Below, piece after piece: positions 41,570 through 54,735 of a stretch of DNA of 64,000 bases (positions are counted from its first letter, which is position 1; every line of letters starts with the position of its first letter). A program made the position numbers and the translations under genes. The notes under the pieces were generated by a model. That model worked only from the letters and a program-made list of their open reading frames with translations. It did not search any database and was not told the DNA's origin. This DNA comes from Octopus sinensis (lineage: Eukaryota): the NCBI RefSeq assembly GCF_006345805.1, contig NW_021834364.1:13181-77180 (forward strand), given 5' to 3'.

Positions 41570-41861
41570 CCAACCTTTTCCAAAATCTGGCAATAAAAAG
41601 ACCTCAGTAGTTTACTGAATAAATAATAGTATAAGGTCAAATTGGATAATTGGTGTTTATGGCGGAAGTGTGTGTAAAAAAACAAATAAAACCTATGTAT
41701 AGCATTTATAAAGAAGAATGCATTTGCGCGTAAGAACACGTAAAAAATACCAGCGCTTACGTATATACAACACTCATACACGCAGAAATAGAGGTACACA
41801 TACATACAGACAGACAGACAGACAGACAGACACACACACACACACACACACACATGTATGT

Positions 41862-42045
41862 GATAGATCGTTAGCCACTACACACATTTCTTCTCTCCTT
41901 GTTTTTTCTCTGTCCCTGTCTGTAGAAGAGCGTAGGCTCGAAACGTAAAAGACTTTTTCTATTCCTGAGCGTTATACTAATACATCTGCTTGTTTTCTAT
42001 ACCACCTGTCTTCGTCTTTTGTTTTTTTCGTAAACTCCCCCTATG
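41862..42045 (+). mobile_element. Penelope-like terminal repeat remnant carrying a hammerhead-like motif
   Basis: ctgtaga-a-gagc-gtag-gctc-gaaa-cg-ta-aaagac at 41920-41953; homologous to 31470-31735. Confidence 0.6.
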
Positions 42046-42047
42046 TA

Positions 42048-42122
<75 letters not shown>

Positions 42123-42287
42123 GACACAGGTAAAAACACGCGCGGATTGACATACACTCAGGGATACATGCATGAATGCATACAGACATACATTCCATAC
42201 ATTTGGTCAGAGTTTCTCTCCCTCTCATTCTCCCCTCTCTCTCTCTCCCTCTCTCTCATTCTCTGCCTATGTATATATCTATATCTA

Positions 42288-42366
<79 letters not shown>

Positions 42367-42369
42367 ATA

Positions 42370-42413
<44 letters not shown>

Positions 42414-44164
42414 TTTCTCCTTCAATTAGTATATGCATATAGAACTATGTTTGAGAGAGAAAGATGAAAAAGATGAGAAGATGAGGCTGATGAGAGCTGT
42501 GATAAGAATGCCCTTAGAAGACTTTTTTCCTAGTATTCACACCTAACCATTTTTCCATTCTGAAATCCACACCGTCAATCTCCTTTCTACTGTGGAAACC
42601 GTCACCTCCATCACCTCCACCATCACCATCATCACACCATCACCATCACCATCACTGACACCAACACCACCATCACCATGGCGACGACGACGACGACGAG
42701 GACGACCACCACCACCACCATTCACGCTATCATCCACACCAAACGTGATCCTTCACACAGTGCAATGGTGTGAACAAACAGACTTGAGCCATTCAATTCC
42801 GGCTCATCTCTAACTTTACCATCAATCACCAGTAATTAGACACCCGATGCTTTTACTCGCTGCTCTTCAGAAAATGTATACGAGGCGCGGGAGAAGAGCG
42901 GACACCTACTTCCCCATCATCCTTCAGATCAACCTCCCCTCCCTTCCTTTCATTCCTTTCACCCACTTCTATTATTCCGTCTCGCTTAGCCTTTTACCTT
43001 TCACCTTGACTGACACCATCCCTTCCCTTCTCTCACTAGCTCTTTTCTCCTCTCACTAACCACTTCTCTTCTGATCTTTCTAGCTCTCTTCCCCTCTCGT
43101 TAGTTCATCACTACGGTTCTCTGTCTGTCTATCTCTCTCATTGTAGCACGTTTCCTTCCACTCCGTGTTTTCTTTTCTCCATTCGATTATCTTAGTCAAG
43201 GACGAAGAAATTGTTTCGAGGAAGCGAAAGAAAGAAGAAATGTAAGGAAAGAGAGGGAGAGAGAGGGAGAATATAGGCAAAGAAAGTAGAATGATAGAGA
43301 TAGGAGGAGAGAGATACAAAGGGTCTCAGAAGTAGACGAAGATTGTTCAGTGACGGAGGGAGGAAGAGTAGGATTGAGGAAGTGAGTTAGAGTGAGAGAT
43401 AGTGTGAGATTCAGAGGGTCAAAAAAGAGTGAAAACGAGAGGGAGGAGAGGGAGGGAGAAACAGAGTGACTGAGAGAGAAACTGAGAGACCGTGATAGGG
43501 AGAAACGAAAAGACATAGAGTGATATAGAGAGCCAGAAAGAAAGAAAAGAGAGGGGAAGAGAGAGAGAAAGAGATTAAGAGAGGGTGACATAGGGAAAGA
43601 ACGCTGATGGAGTAAAAGGCAAGCGCGTAAAAGAAAGAAATTTCCTTCTAAGTAAAGCGGCAAGCAGAGAGTCACGAAGTGGTTGTCTCCGTGCCTAGCA
43701 GATGCTCTCCCCTGCAGAGAGCTCTCTATGCCTCAGGCACACAATGCTATTTCCAGTGCCAACTGCTTCCACTGACAGCGATCGTTCAATTGCATCGTCT
43801 AAATTGATTAAATACACACAGTCAAAAGAATGAACATGAAAACAATATATTAATAAAATAAATAATTAATTAAGCCGTTGCATCGTCTCCCCATTTTGCT
43901 TTCACTTTAAATGCATATTTTCACTCCAATTCACTTATAGAATATGGCGTTACACGCCTTCGTTTCTACATTCTTCTACACTAATGTTCAGTTATGCCAA
44001 TGGTAAACAACTTTAGAACCCATTCCTCCAACGTTCGACGTTCATGGACATAAATATCTTTATTGAGTGACTTCTCACATACATATTAACATTGCATACT
44101 ACATTCAAAATACACACATACATATAAACTTGTACACACCTATATATATGCGCATGTATGTCGA

Positions 44165-44203
<39 letters not shown>

Positions 44204-44204
44204 C

Positions 44205-44235
<31 letters not shown>

Positions 44236-44695
44236 ATATATGTATGTATGTATGTATATATATATATAATATAAAATATTTAATCCATAATCGTTTGTCC
44301 GACCAAATATCCTATTTCGCCAGTGGCTCTTACGATGAGATGGAATATATATTTCGTTGGACTAACGATTATGGATTACATATTTTTTTCTATTCGTTCT
44401 CAGAGTTATCCTTGCCTACTTTAATCTAAGTGGTTTGGCATACATTCTTTCGGGAACTTGTTACCCCATGGTGATCGAGTATATATATATTTGATCTGTA
44501 TTCGTTTCTTAGGTGATTTCATCTGAGACCCAATGTCAAAATTGAAGCAATTGTAACGTGATGTTTCAGCATCCATTAAAGCACACGCACATTCACACAC
44601 GCACGCGCGCTTGAGGACGCACGCACGCACCACACACACACACACCACACACACACAAACACTCTTTTCGGCTTTGTTAGTGCTGTTATTGTTCC

Positions 44696-44742
<47 letters not shown>

Positions 44743-44771
44743 TATTATTATTATTATTATCATTATTATCA

Positions 44772-45312
44772 TCATCATCATTGAGTGAGAGAGTAGTACA
44801 TGCCATCAAAGTGACACTGGGGTAAAATTTACGAAGCCCAGTATACCTATCATGACTACCCGCCTGATAAGGGTACACCAGGCACATGCTTCACAACCAT
44901 ATGTGCACGACATGATCTCTTATGAAAATAAACAACTCATGACCTTGCAAGTGGGACTCGGTTAGAAATTTCTTCAGGACGAGTAGACCATCCCGCACAA
45001 AAAGTAACTGAATGAGGATTGTTGAACGAAACCCCCATATTTCCAGAGGTGAAGTATCCAGACCCCAAATAATTCATTCCTCTCAACACATTATTACGAT
45101 GCACATGACTATGATGCTCCCCTGCTACTTTCGCCCGTGACCAGAGAGGCACGTATCGCCAGCCACTAAGGAACATGCTCAACTAGTTAAGGTCAAACAG
45201 CTGATAAGCAAATCTGAGGTATTGAGCAGAATGTTTGCTGTAACCCATCTTTTATACCAAGACAAAGCAATGTACATGATAACACTTCCAGTCAGTTAAG
45301 ATCAGAAGCCAT
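44772..45312 (-). mobile_element. Retroposon 3' region (SINE or LINE 3' UTR) with (GAT/AAT)n tail
   Basis: ~540 bp of complex non-coding sequence ending on the minus strand in a (GAT)n(AAT)n tail; no ORF similarity recognised. Confidence 0.5.
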
Positions 45313-46029
45313 CACATTATTCTAAGATCAGAAGCCATTATCATTATTATTTGTAATTATAGCGCATATCTTTAAATATTATAGTTTTTTGACACACATA
45401 TACAATCCGTAGATAATCTACTTGTCAGAGTCGATAATAAAACTAAATGAAATTATATGTGTGTGCGTGAGTGAGTGAGTGAGTTTGTGTGTATGTGTGT
45501 ATGTGTATGTGTGTGTGTGTGTGTGGTGTGTGTGTGTGTGTATTCAATTATGAGTTAGAAGCAGCCCTGGTGTTGAAACCGTTATCAACTGGAAAAAAAA
45601 ATTAGTATTTTGCTTGTTTGCCAGTACTCTGCGGTTTTATGCGGTGGGAATGACGCCCTCAAAGAGCTGATATTAAAACGCCTAGAAGTCATAGACAGAC
45701 AAGACAACTCGTCCCTAATTCCATTCAGAAGTGAATGATAACGATATTTTTGTGACTTATCAACATCACACAATTAAAGTTAAAGCAAAATGCAAAAATA
45801 TCACAGGTCTCCTTCGTTTCTACATGGAAACTGTGATATGTGTCAAATGTTCAATAGTTACCGATGACCGGTTTGAAACTAGAGAGAGAACAGATCTAAC
45901 CAGTTTATTTAAAAAATATAATAGTCTTGTTTCGACATTCTTTTAGGATTAACATCGTTTGCTCACACAAAAACTGACCAACTAATTTTAGTAGGTGACT
46001 CCTACGAAAGAATCACTCACTCACACATA

Positions 46030-46060
<31 letters not shown>

Positions 46061-46294
46061 CAAATATATAAAAGAGTTATTATTGAGGGATTATCAATCG
46101 GGCAAAATACTCTATAAGCTTTCAGTTAGTACACTAAACTAATAATATTATAGGCCAATAGTGTTATATCATAGGCTAATATTATAAGCTAATAGTACAC
46201 TAGGCTAATAATTCTGTGTATTCTTGTGGCAGGGTCCGAGGTTGCAGTTCATCACCATTCTCTATCGTAAATCCGTGGTTGTGGTACACGCACG

Positions 46295-46367
<73 letters not shown>

Positions 46368-46467
46368 ACACACAATGATAGGCTTAATATAATACAGGGA
46401 TTTAGGAGGCCATTCACACAGAGAAGAACTCAATAGAACACTTATTACGTACAGGGAATCCTACAAT

Positions 46468-46619
46468 CGACCAAGAATCCGCTGGCTTGACACCATCAAG
46501 AGTGATACTAGAATGTACATAGCCAATCTGAAAGAAGCGGCCCAGGATAGAACTGACTGGAGGACTCTGATCCAACGAGTAACCGAGAGTCGACTTCGAC
46601 TGAGCGGATAGATAGATAG
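46468..46619 (+). mobile_element. 3' end of an RTE/BovB-type LINE
   Basis: RPRIRWLDTIKSDTRMYIANLKEAAQDRTDWRTLIQRVTESRLRLSG* matches the BovB-type C-terminus (RMRWLD...WRAAVHGVAKSRTRLSD*); short (GATA) tail. Confidence 0.85.
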
Positions 46620-48038
46620 CGGAGTATACCATATTGCAAGCACCTATGCCATAGCTCCCTTCCTCACATTAGTGTTGGAGGCTCAGAAAAAGGTTATAAG
46701 AATTACTCTTTGTTCTATGACAAAGGTAATTAAAAACAAAACACAACGAAAGCCAAATGAAATTATATTTATAGGTCGGGTGTCGATAAAAGGTAGCGCG
46801 TCATGTTTGAAAGAACAGCCAAGTATCCGCCAAATCACAACCTACAGCGTCTTAAATGAATAAAATACATAGGATGTTGTTATCCTATCCTAGATATGCT
46901 GTCTGAAAATAAGGATGGTTAAGACTGGATCGTAGTTGATCATGGCAAACTTGTGTTAAACTTAAACAAAATAGCAATAACAACGACGATAAAACGCCAT
47001 TCAATCATCTTATGATGCACATCAAAGTTGTTATTACACGAAGTTGTTATTATACGAAGATGGTGGCTTTTGACAGAATTATTAAAACACCGTGTAATAT
47101 GTTTTGCGGTATTTCATCTAGATCTTTTCGATCTGAGTACAAAACCCACAGAGGTCAAGTTTACCTTTTACCCTTCCGGGGTTTATAAAGTAAAATACTA
47201 GTTACGTACGAGGTTCGATTTCATTGACTGCCCATATGTACTGGTAAGTAATGGGCAAGCATGGCGTAGTATAACACAACTTTCTGCCCAGCCGTGGAAG
47301 TACGATAGCAGGTGACGTGACACACCAGCTGAGGTATACTGCTTCTATCTATAGCATCCTATATCGCTCCCGACACACGCACGCAAATATGATTCACTGA
47401 CATGCACACACACCCTTTTCTTAAAATGAAAACTCCTATTAAGAAAGGATAACGCAAAAGAAAAAAGTGGAGGTGTTTAGTAATTGTATCTTGGGAGTAT
47501 ACTAATATCTATTGTATTATGTAGCCGAAAAGAAACCGCTCTTGCGACCGGAAGTAGAATAATTGGACGGTCATGTTTTGTTTGAAAGAAATAAGATCTA
47601 AAATTTGTAGGCGGAGAAGTCGCGTAAACAATAGAGAGTTGCTTTAAACTATATATAATACTTAGTTTCTTTCCTCTAGCTTTTGGGATAAAGTTCACCG
47701 AGGTTAACTTTGCCTTTCATATCATCATTATCGATAAAATAAAATGCTAATATTTATTGGAATCGATTCAAACATGTATCCGTTTCCAATAAAAAAAAAC
47801 AAACTATTTTCTTAATCAAAATAAATCATACCACCAGACAGACATTCACTGGTAAAAATTAATATGGAGAGATTGATTAAATCTATCATATTGCTGAAGA
47901 AAGATACAAATTAATGCACTCATTATTTCTCAATATCTTAATTCTGTTGAACGAAATGTCTGATGTAAGCAGGGTTTTTAACACTCTAGTAATGTTCCCG
48001 ATTGTCTGTGCCTGCCTGCCTACTTATCTATCTATCTA

Positions 48039-48159
<121 letters not shown>

Positions 48160-48230
48160 TCATTTGTCTGTCAGTTTCTCTCTTTCCCCTTCTCTCTCTC
48201 TGTCTGTCTCTGTCTCTCTCACTCTCTCTT

Positions 48231-48295
<65 letters not shown>

Positions 48296-48299
48296 GTGT

Positions 48300-48457
48300 G
48301 TGGCTGTGTGGTAAGTAACCTGCTTACGAACCACATGGTTCCGGGTTCAGTCCCACTGCGTGGCACCTTGGGCAAGTGTCTTCTACTATAGCCTCGGGTC
48401 GACCAAAGCCTTGTGAGTGGATTTGGTAGACGGAAACTGAAAGAAGACGTCGTATAT

Positions 48458-48500
<43 letters not shown>

Positions 48501-48725
48501 ATGTGTGTGTATATGTTTGTGTGTCTGTGTTTGTCCCCCAACATCGCTTGACATTCGATGCTTGTGTGTTTACGTACTCGTAACTTAGCGGTTCGGCAAA
48601 CTTGACCGATAAAATAAGTACTAGGCTTACGAAGAATAAGTCCTGGGGTCGATTTACTCGACTAAAGGCGGTGCTCCAGCATGGCCACAGTTAAATGACT
48701 GAAACAATTCAAAGAGTAAAAGAGT
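48300..48725 (+). mobile_element. SINE family B, full length
   Basis: As 32722-33137. Confidence 0.9.
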
Positions 48726-49292
48726 ATATATATATATATATATATAATTTATCTATCTCTTTCATATTTTGTGTCACTCACTCACATGAAAGCAAATAAC
48801 ACTTCAGGAAGATTCTACTTAAGTCATATGCTGTAGTAAACCTGTCATTGAGTAAGTGGTAAGTTTTGCGTGAGTTTCTCTGTTAACGACTCTATAGTCA
48901 CAGCCAACTCACTCCACTCACGTTACTAACATGAAATACACTACATATACAACAGAAAACTGTTGGACACCAAGAGATAATGTGCAGATTGCTATATGCA
49001 AATATTTATTTCGTTTTTGTATATGGTTTGCAAGATGCTTGATGTGAATTCATGCGTCGAAACAAATTATGTCGTGTCTTGGGAGGGTCATTACACCAAT
49101 AATAAATAACACACGCACAGGTTGACTTACAAAAAAGAAGTGGAATTGAACCGGTGCGTGTGTTATTATTATCATTGGCGTAATGACGCTCCCAAGACAC
49201 AACAAAACGTATTTATTTATTTATTTATTTATTCATATCTTTATCTGTTGTTTGCTTCCTCAATTATATTCCTTATTTAATTTCCATTACAG

Positions 49293-49459
49293 GTCGACCA
49301 AGGGGGCATCGAAACAGAGACGGGACCAGATCAATGCACAGATTAACATGATGCGAGATTTGCTTCCTCTGGCCGAGACAGCGCGTCAGCGACTCTCTCA
49401 GCTCCAGATAATGTCTCTTTCATGTGTTTACATTCGAAAGTGTAACATCATGAGCAGAT
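49293..49459 (+). CDS. Npas4: NPAS4/dysfusion-family bHLH-PAS factor, bHLH exon
   Basis: (R)[49 protein letters not shown] closely matches the NPAS4/Dysfusion bHLH; acceptor ttccattacag, donor gtaagt (phase 2 in, phase 1 out). Confidence 0.95.
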
Positions 49460-49744
49460 GTAAGTAAACTATCCTAATATTAATTTCCTGCTGCTTTTAG
49501 ATCCGTTTAAGGCTGAAGAAAGGAAAATTCTTTGTTGTGTTACTCTACCAACATGCATTCTCAATCTTTGATTGTGACCCTAACATGGATTGTTTAAAAT
49601 GTCTTCCACCGCCACCACCACCACCACATGCACCAAAACCACCACCACCATCACCACCGCTATTATCATCACCTCCAACACCACCACAATCATCTTCATC
49701 ATCATCATCGTCGTCATCATCGTCATCATCATCGTCATCATCAC

Positions 49745-49787
<43 letters not shown>

Positions 49788-49819
49788 GTTGTCATCATTA
49801 TCGTCGTCATCATCATTAA

Positions 49820-49858
<39 letters not shown>

Positions 49859-49894
49859 TCTTCTTCTTCGTCGTCGTCGTCGTCGTCGTCGTCG

Positions 49895-49928
<34 letters not shown>

Positions 49929-49937
49929 TCTTCTTCT

Positions 49938-49970
<33 letters not shown>

Positions 49971-50952
49971 TCATCATCATCATCATCATCATCTTTTGAA
50001 TAGTTTATGTTCTTTTCTATTGCAGCTGCAACATTGTCTTTTAGGAAAGTAGAAATGTGTTCGCACGCTACATCAGTTTTGTTTTGATGTAAGATTAGGA
50101 TTTTGTTGTTCTTGTGCAATGTCAGCCGTGTTATTTTCTACACTGTTGTTTGTGTAGACTAGCTTCAGATTAACGCTAACTGAACAAATCTACGACCACA
50201 GGCGTTCCAGCCGGGACCGTCCCGGTTGGAACTCCTTTTTGTATACCTTGGACCCTTGTCCAACGACTCCCACCTTGTTTTTGAAATACTATTGGTTAGG
50301 AAATTTAGCTGCTACTTCAGTCATGTCAATTCACTATGTAGAGGGTTCCTTGATTGCTTTTTGAAATTTGATATAAAGTTTGTGTCACATTCCTTATCAT
50401 AAACCCAAAACTGGATAATGAATTCAAAAAGCGCTTTGAGGAAAATAAAATTTGAAAGGAGTTCAGCACCGAAGTCCTTAATCTGTGCATGAAAAATTCC
50501 TCGATCTGCTCTGCAGCAATTTATCTTAATCTAATGACTCTAACATTGGGACCAACATCGTGCAAGCATAAAGGCCCCTCTAAATAGAAACCTTACCTGC
50601 CATTGTGGGTTTTGTGGCACGAAGCAAAGCAGGCCTTGCCGTCCACTCAACAAAGCACATAGCGAATGATCCACAAGCACTCAAGCAAACTGAGTCTTCA
50701 ACTTTTTCCATTTGCCAAAAGTTTTGCAAGAGACACATTCGTGTCCATGGGACACAATTAACGCTTTATTTTGCTAAACCCTCATTTGCCGTTCTCAAAA
50801 GAATCCATCTTATATATATATATATATCTTCGTAATAAATAACCAAAATATGAAACTATTTTTGGCTGAATAAGCCAAGTTAGGAATCGTTCAAACAACT
50901 GTCTTCAATTAATGTCATCTTTGTTTACAAATTCCAACTTCCTTCTTTGCAG

Positions 50953-51002
50953 GGTTCGGGACCAGTAGTACTGCTTCGGAAACACCTTTTGACTTTTTCC
51001 AG
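50953..51002 (+). CDS. Npas4: NPAS4/dysf-like, 50-nt linker exon (WFGTSSTASETPFDFFQ)
   Basis: Acceptor ccttctttgcag, donor gtaagc; supplies exactly the phase 1 to phase 0 change needed. Confidence 0.85.
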
Positions 51003-51149
51003 GTAAGCTGATCTTTCTGACAATAATTCCAGTAGAAAATTTTGATGATAAATGCTTTTATATTTTAAATCTAAAGCAAGACACTGTACATGCTCAAAGC
51101 GCACAGGTTTGCATGCATTGGTTCAGTGAAACGCACAATAAAAATAGGA

Positions 51150-51540
51150 CTTAAAATAATAATTGCTTCTGATTTAAGCACAAGGCCAGCATTTGTAAGG
51201 GGAGGAGCTAGTCGATATCATCGATTCCAGTACTTTACTGATATTTTATTTTATTGACCCCTAAAGAATGAAAAGCTAAGTTGATTTCGGCAGAATTTGA
51301 ACTCAGATTGTAAAAAGCCGGAACAAATACTGCAAAATAATTTTTCTGACGCTTTAACGATTCTTAGCTCTTGATTTAAGCTCAAGGCTGGCAGTCTTGA
51401 GTAAAGGGGTTTAGTTGATTACATAGACCTCTGTATTAGCCTGGTATCTATTTCGACCCCAGAGCTTTTGAATTCGGAATGTAAAGAACCAGAAGAAAAT
51501 CTGCTATGTGTTCCTTTCGAAATCTAACAATACTGATAGC
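51150..51540 (-). mobile_element. Two decayed SINE family C copies in an intron
   Basis: gcacaaggccagc...agtcgat...gatttcggcagaatttgaactcag; second copy from ~51370. Confidence 0.7.
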
Positions 51541-51644
51541 TCAGCTCATTTAAAAACGGTACAAGGCCTGAAGTTTGGGAAAGGTTTGGTTGATTAAAGA
51601 GACTGCGGTACTTAATTACTCTTCACAATTGCTTTCTATTGCAG

Positions 51645-51734
51645 GCGTTGGCTGGTTTCCTACTTATTACTACAAGAGATGGGAAGCTAGTCTACATTTC
51701 AGAAAATGTAACGGAATATTTGGGCCATTCTATG
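51645..51734 (+). CDS. Npas4: NPAS4/dysf-like, PAS-A exon ([30 protein letters not shown])
   Basis: Canonical PAS-A motif; acceptor ttctattgcag, donor gtaggt. Confidence 0.95.
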
Positions 51735-52197
51735 GTAGGTACACACAAATTACTTTGCTATTTCATTTAATAAAAATCCCCTGCGGCAAAATTTATATTC
51801 TGAAATAAAACGACAATAAATGAATGAATGAATAAATAAATTCTTTAAGTATAAAAAAAAGTAAAGTGTCCAGTTCCATGTTTAATTTTTATCTATTGTC
51901 AAATCTATTCCTATCATATATTCATTTTATAAACTGGTGAATAACATAATTTTTCGGATTATTAACCTCACTTGTAGAGTGTATGTTTACAATATTTAAA
52001 ATCCCGGTTTCTTAGTTGTTGGATCAGAATGTCAAATCTCATTCTAATGTAGATGTGTTGCGTTCATTAATGAAACGCTCAAAAAACACTCTTTTAAATG
52101 TTTACCGAAATATTCGTGTCACAAAATCTGAAAAGAGAATTTGTTCACTCTTACCACTGTAATGATTTCAAGCTGTTAATATTTATATATTTTTCAG

Positions 52198-52380
52198 GTG
52201 GATATGAAGACTCAAGGGGACAGTCTTTTCGATATTATTGACAAAAGGGATCACATTACAGTCCAGGCACAGCTTTTAAGAGGGGGAACGGATGTAATTC
52301 CGGGACAGCCATTAGCTTTCTTCTGTCGTATGAATATGTCAAGAAGTGTTAAACGGCAATCAGGCTTTGGTGACGTCAAA
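52198..52380 (+). CDS. Npas4: NPAS4/dysf-like, PAS-A exon (VDMKTQGDSLFDIIDKRDH...FFCRMN...GDVK)
   Basis: GDS.FD.I...DH and FFCRM PAS-A motifs; acceptor ttttcag, donor gtaagt. Confidence 0.95.
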
Positions 52381-52416
52381 GTAAGTCATACTTTTGTTCA
52401 ATCGTACAAACATATG

Positions 52417-52508
<92 letters not shown>

Positions 52509-52824
52509 CTTTTGCTTGCCTTTCTATACCCCATTCCTACCGAATTATAATCTGCTATAATTATCTAATTTGTATTAATTCATACATGTGTAACACACAC
52601 ACGCGCGCACGCGCGTGCAACTCTCCGTGTGTGTTTTGCTCGTTGTGTCTATGTGTGTGTGACAGAGAAGTGTGTTGTTATTTATGTGAGACAGTGTTTC
52701 TGTGCATGTTTATGCGTTTACGCTTTCATAAGCAAAAATGATAAGAAAGCGTCAGTTTGGGCATATAAAAATGTTTAGTACAAAGAGCTAGCTAGTTTCC
52801 TAGGCAGCGGACAGACAGACAGAC

Positions 52825-52878
<54 letters not shown>

Positions 52879-52964
52879 GTTTCTTTATTGGCCACACAGG
52901 GTTGCACACAGATGGGACAAGTTACAAGGTAGAGCTTTTCTTTTGGGGGATGAAAAAAACAAAA

Positions 52965-53172
52965 AACAAAAGAAACAAAAAAAGGGGGTGGCGTAGGTTT
53001 TCGATCAAGAGGGATCGTAAAAGGGAAGAAAAGAACAAAAAAAAGAAAAAAAAGAAAAAAAAGGAAAAGAAAGAAAAAGAAAAAAAAGGAAAAGAAAGAA
53101 AAAGAAAAAAAAGGAAAAGAAAGAAAAAGAAAAAAGGGAAAAGGAACAAAAGAAAAGAAAAAAAAAAAAAAC
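52965..53172. repeat. Polypurine (A-rich AAAAG-like) tract
   Basis: Directly visible. Confidence 0.85.
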
Positions 53173-53441
53173 GATCAATAGGGATCGTGTATCACAGTGT
53201 CATGATGTATGGTGTAAAGGGGAAAACAAGTAAGGTTTATCCGTGGGAAGAAAAGCCTACGAAAAAGACCACGGTAACCTTGGTCAATATTGTTATATGT
53301 TACCACATTTGTTTGCATGTGGGTAACCCTCTGTTTTCAATTTCTGGGTTCATAGGACTATGCTCAAGGTGGCTTCGTCATTCATACGTGCCATCCTTGC
53401 TACATTCACCCATCTTTTTTTAAAACGTTCGCTAGACAGAC

Positions 53442-53534
<93 letters not shown>

Positions 53535-54680
53535 CATTGAAGAGGATGAGAGAGACGAAATGCAAGCATGAGTATTGAAGAAAGTTGGAAGGAAAAAAAA
53601 GGTAGACTTGCGTGCAAGTAGAAAAAGAAAAACGCAATATAAAAATTAGAAAATAAATAAAAGAAATGAATAAAGACTTAGTAGAAAAGTGACTACAAGT
53701 TAGGGATGATGCAGATTGCAAACAAAAAAAAAAAACAACAAAAAATTTAACAAAAGAACAGTTTCTACAATACAGATGTGAAATATATAAACAAACACAC
53801 ACACACACTATTCACAGCCACAACCAATGAGAAAATGCGAACTTGTTTTCGCTTATATTTTGTTTCTGACATTGTTTTTATTTCTTTTGCTATTCTTTGC
53901 TCTTTTTTTTTTATTCAAATGACTCTGGTAAATAAATGCATGCAAAAAAAAACAAATAGGTGAAAAAACCCCCAATGTACATATCGGAGGAAAGTAAACT
54001 GTAAGCTACGATAGTATTTACACGGAGAACGAAATGGAGTGAGATGAAATAAATAAATAATGAAATAAACAAACAAATTAGTTGTTTATTTGTTTGTTGA
54101 TTTATTTATTTTGCTTCTTTCCATTACGCTCTCCGTGTAAATACTATCGTAGCCTTTGAATCTGATCATGTTTATGGGATAATAGTAATAATAAAACACA
54201 TACACACAAACACACATATATACATATATATATGTATACATATATATACACACAATATATACTCACAAATATACACACACATATATACATATATATGTAT
54301 ACATATACATACACACAATATATACTCACAAATATACACACACACACACATATTAATATATATGATTACATATATATACACACAATATATACTCACAAAT
54401 ATACACACACACACACACATATATATATACATAAGTACATATAAATACTCTCACACGCATACACACACACACGCACATATTAATATATATGATCACATTC
54501 ATACACATACATAAAAAAAAGTAGCCTCTTGAAATCCTTGGAAGATGAAAAACATGTAGCAAAAACAGAAAGATTTGAGAATAGAATGAACTGAAGAAAA
54601 AGACGGGGAAAATGAAGGAAATAATGAAATGTAACATGGAGTAACCAAAAAGAAAATTGATTTTATGTTTATATAAATAC

Positions 54681-54735
<55 letters not shown>

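Noticed and set aside
49545-49928. Minus-strand poly-D/poly-G ORF resembling an acidic biomineral protein
   Set aside because: Antisense reading of an intronic (CAT/CAC)n microsatellite; no signal peptide or splice sites
52902-53423. 173-aa Lys-rich ORF
   Set aside because: Translation of an intronic A/G-rich tract
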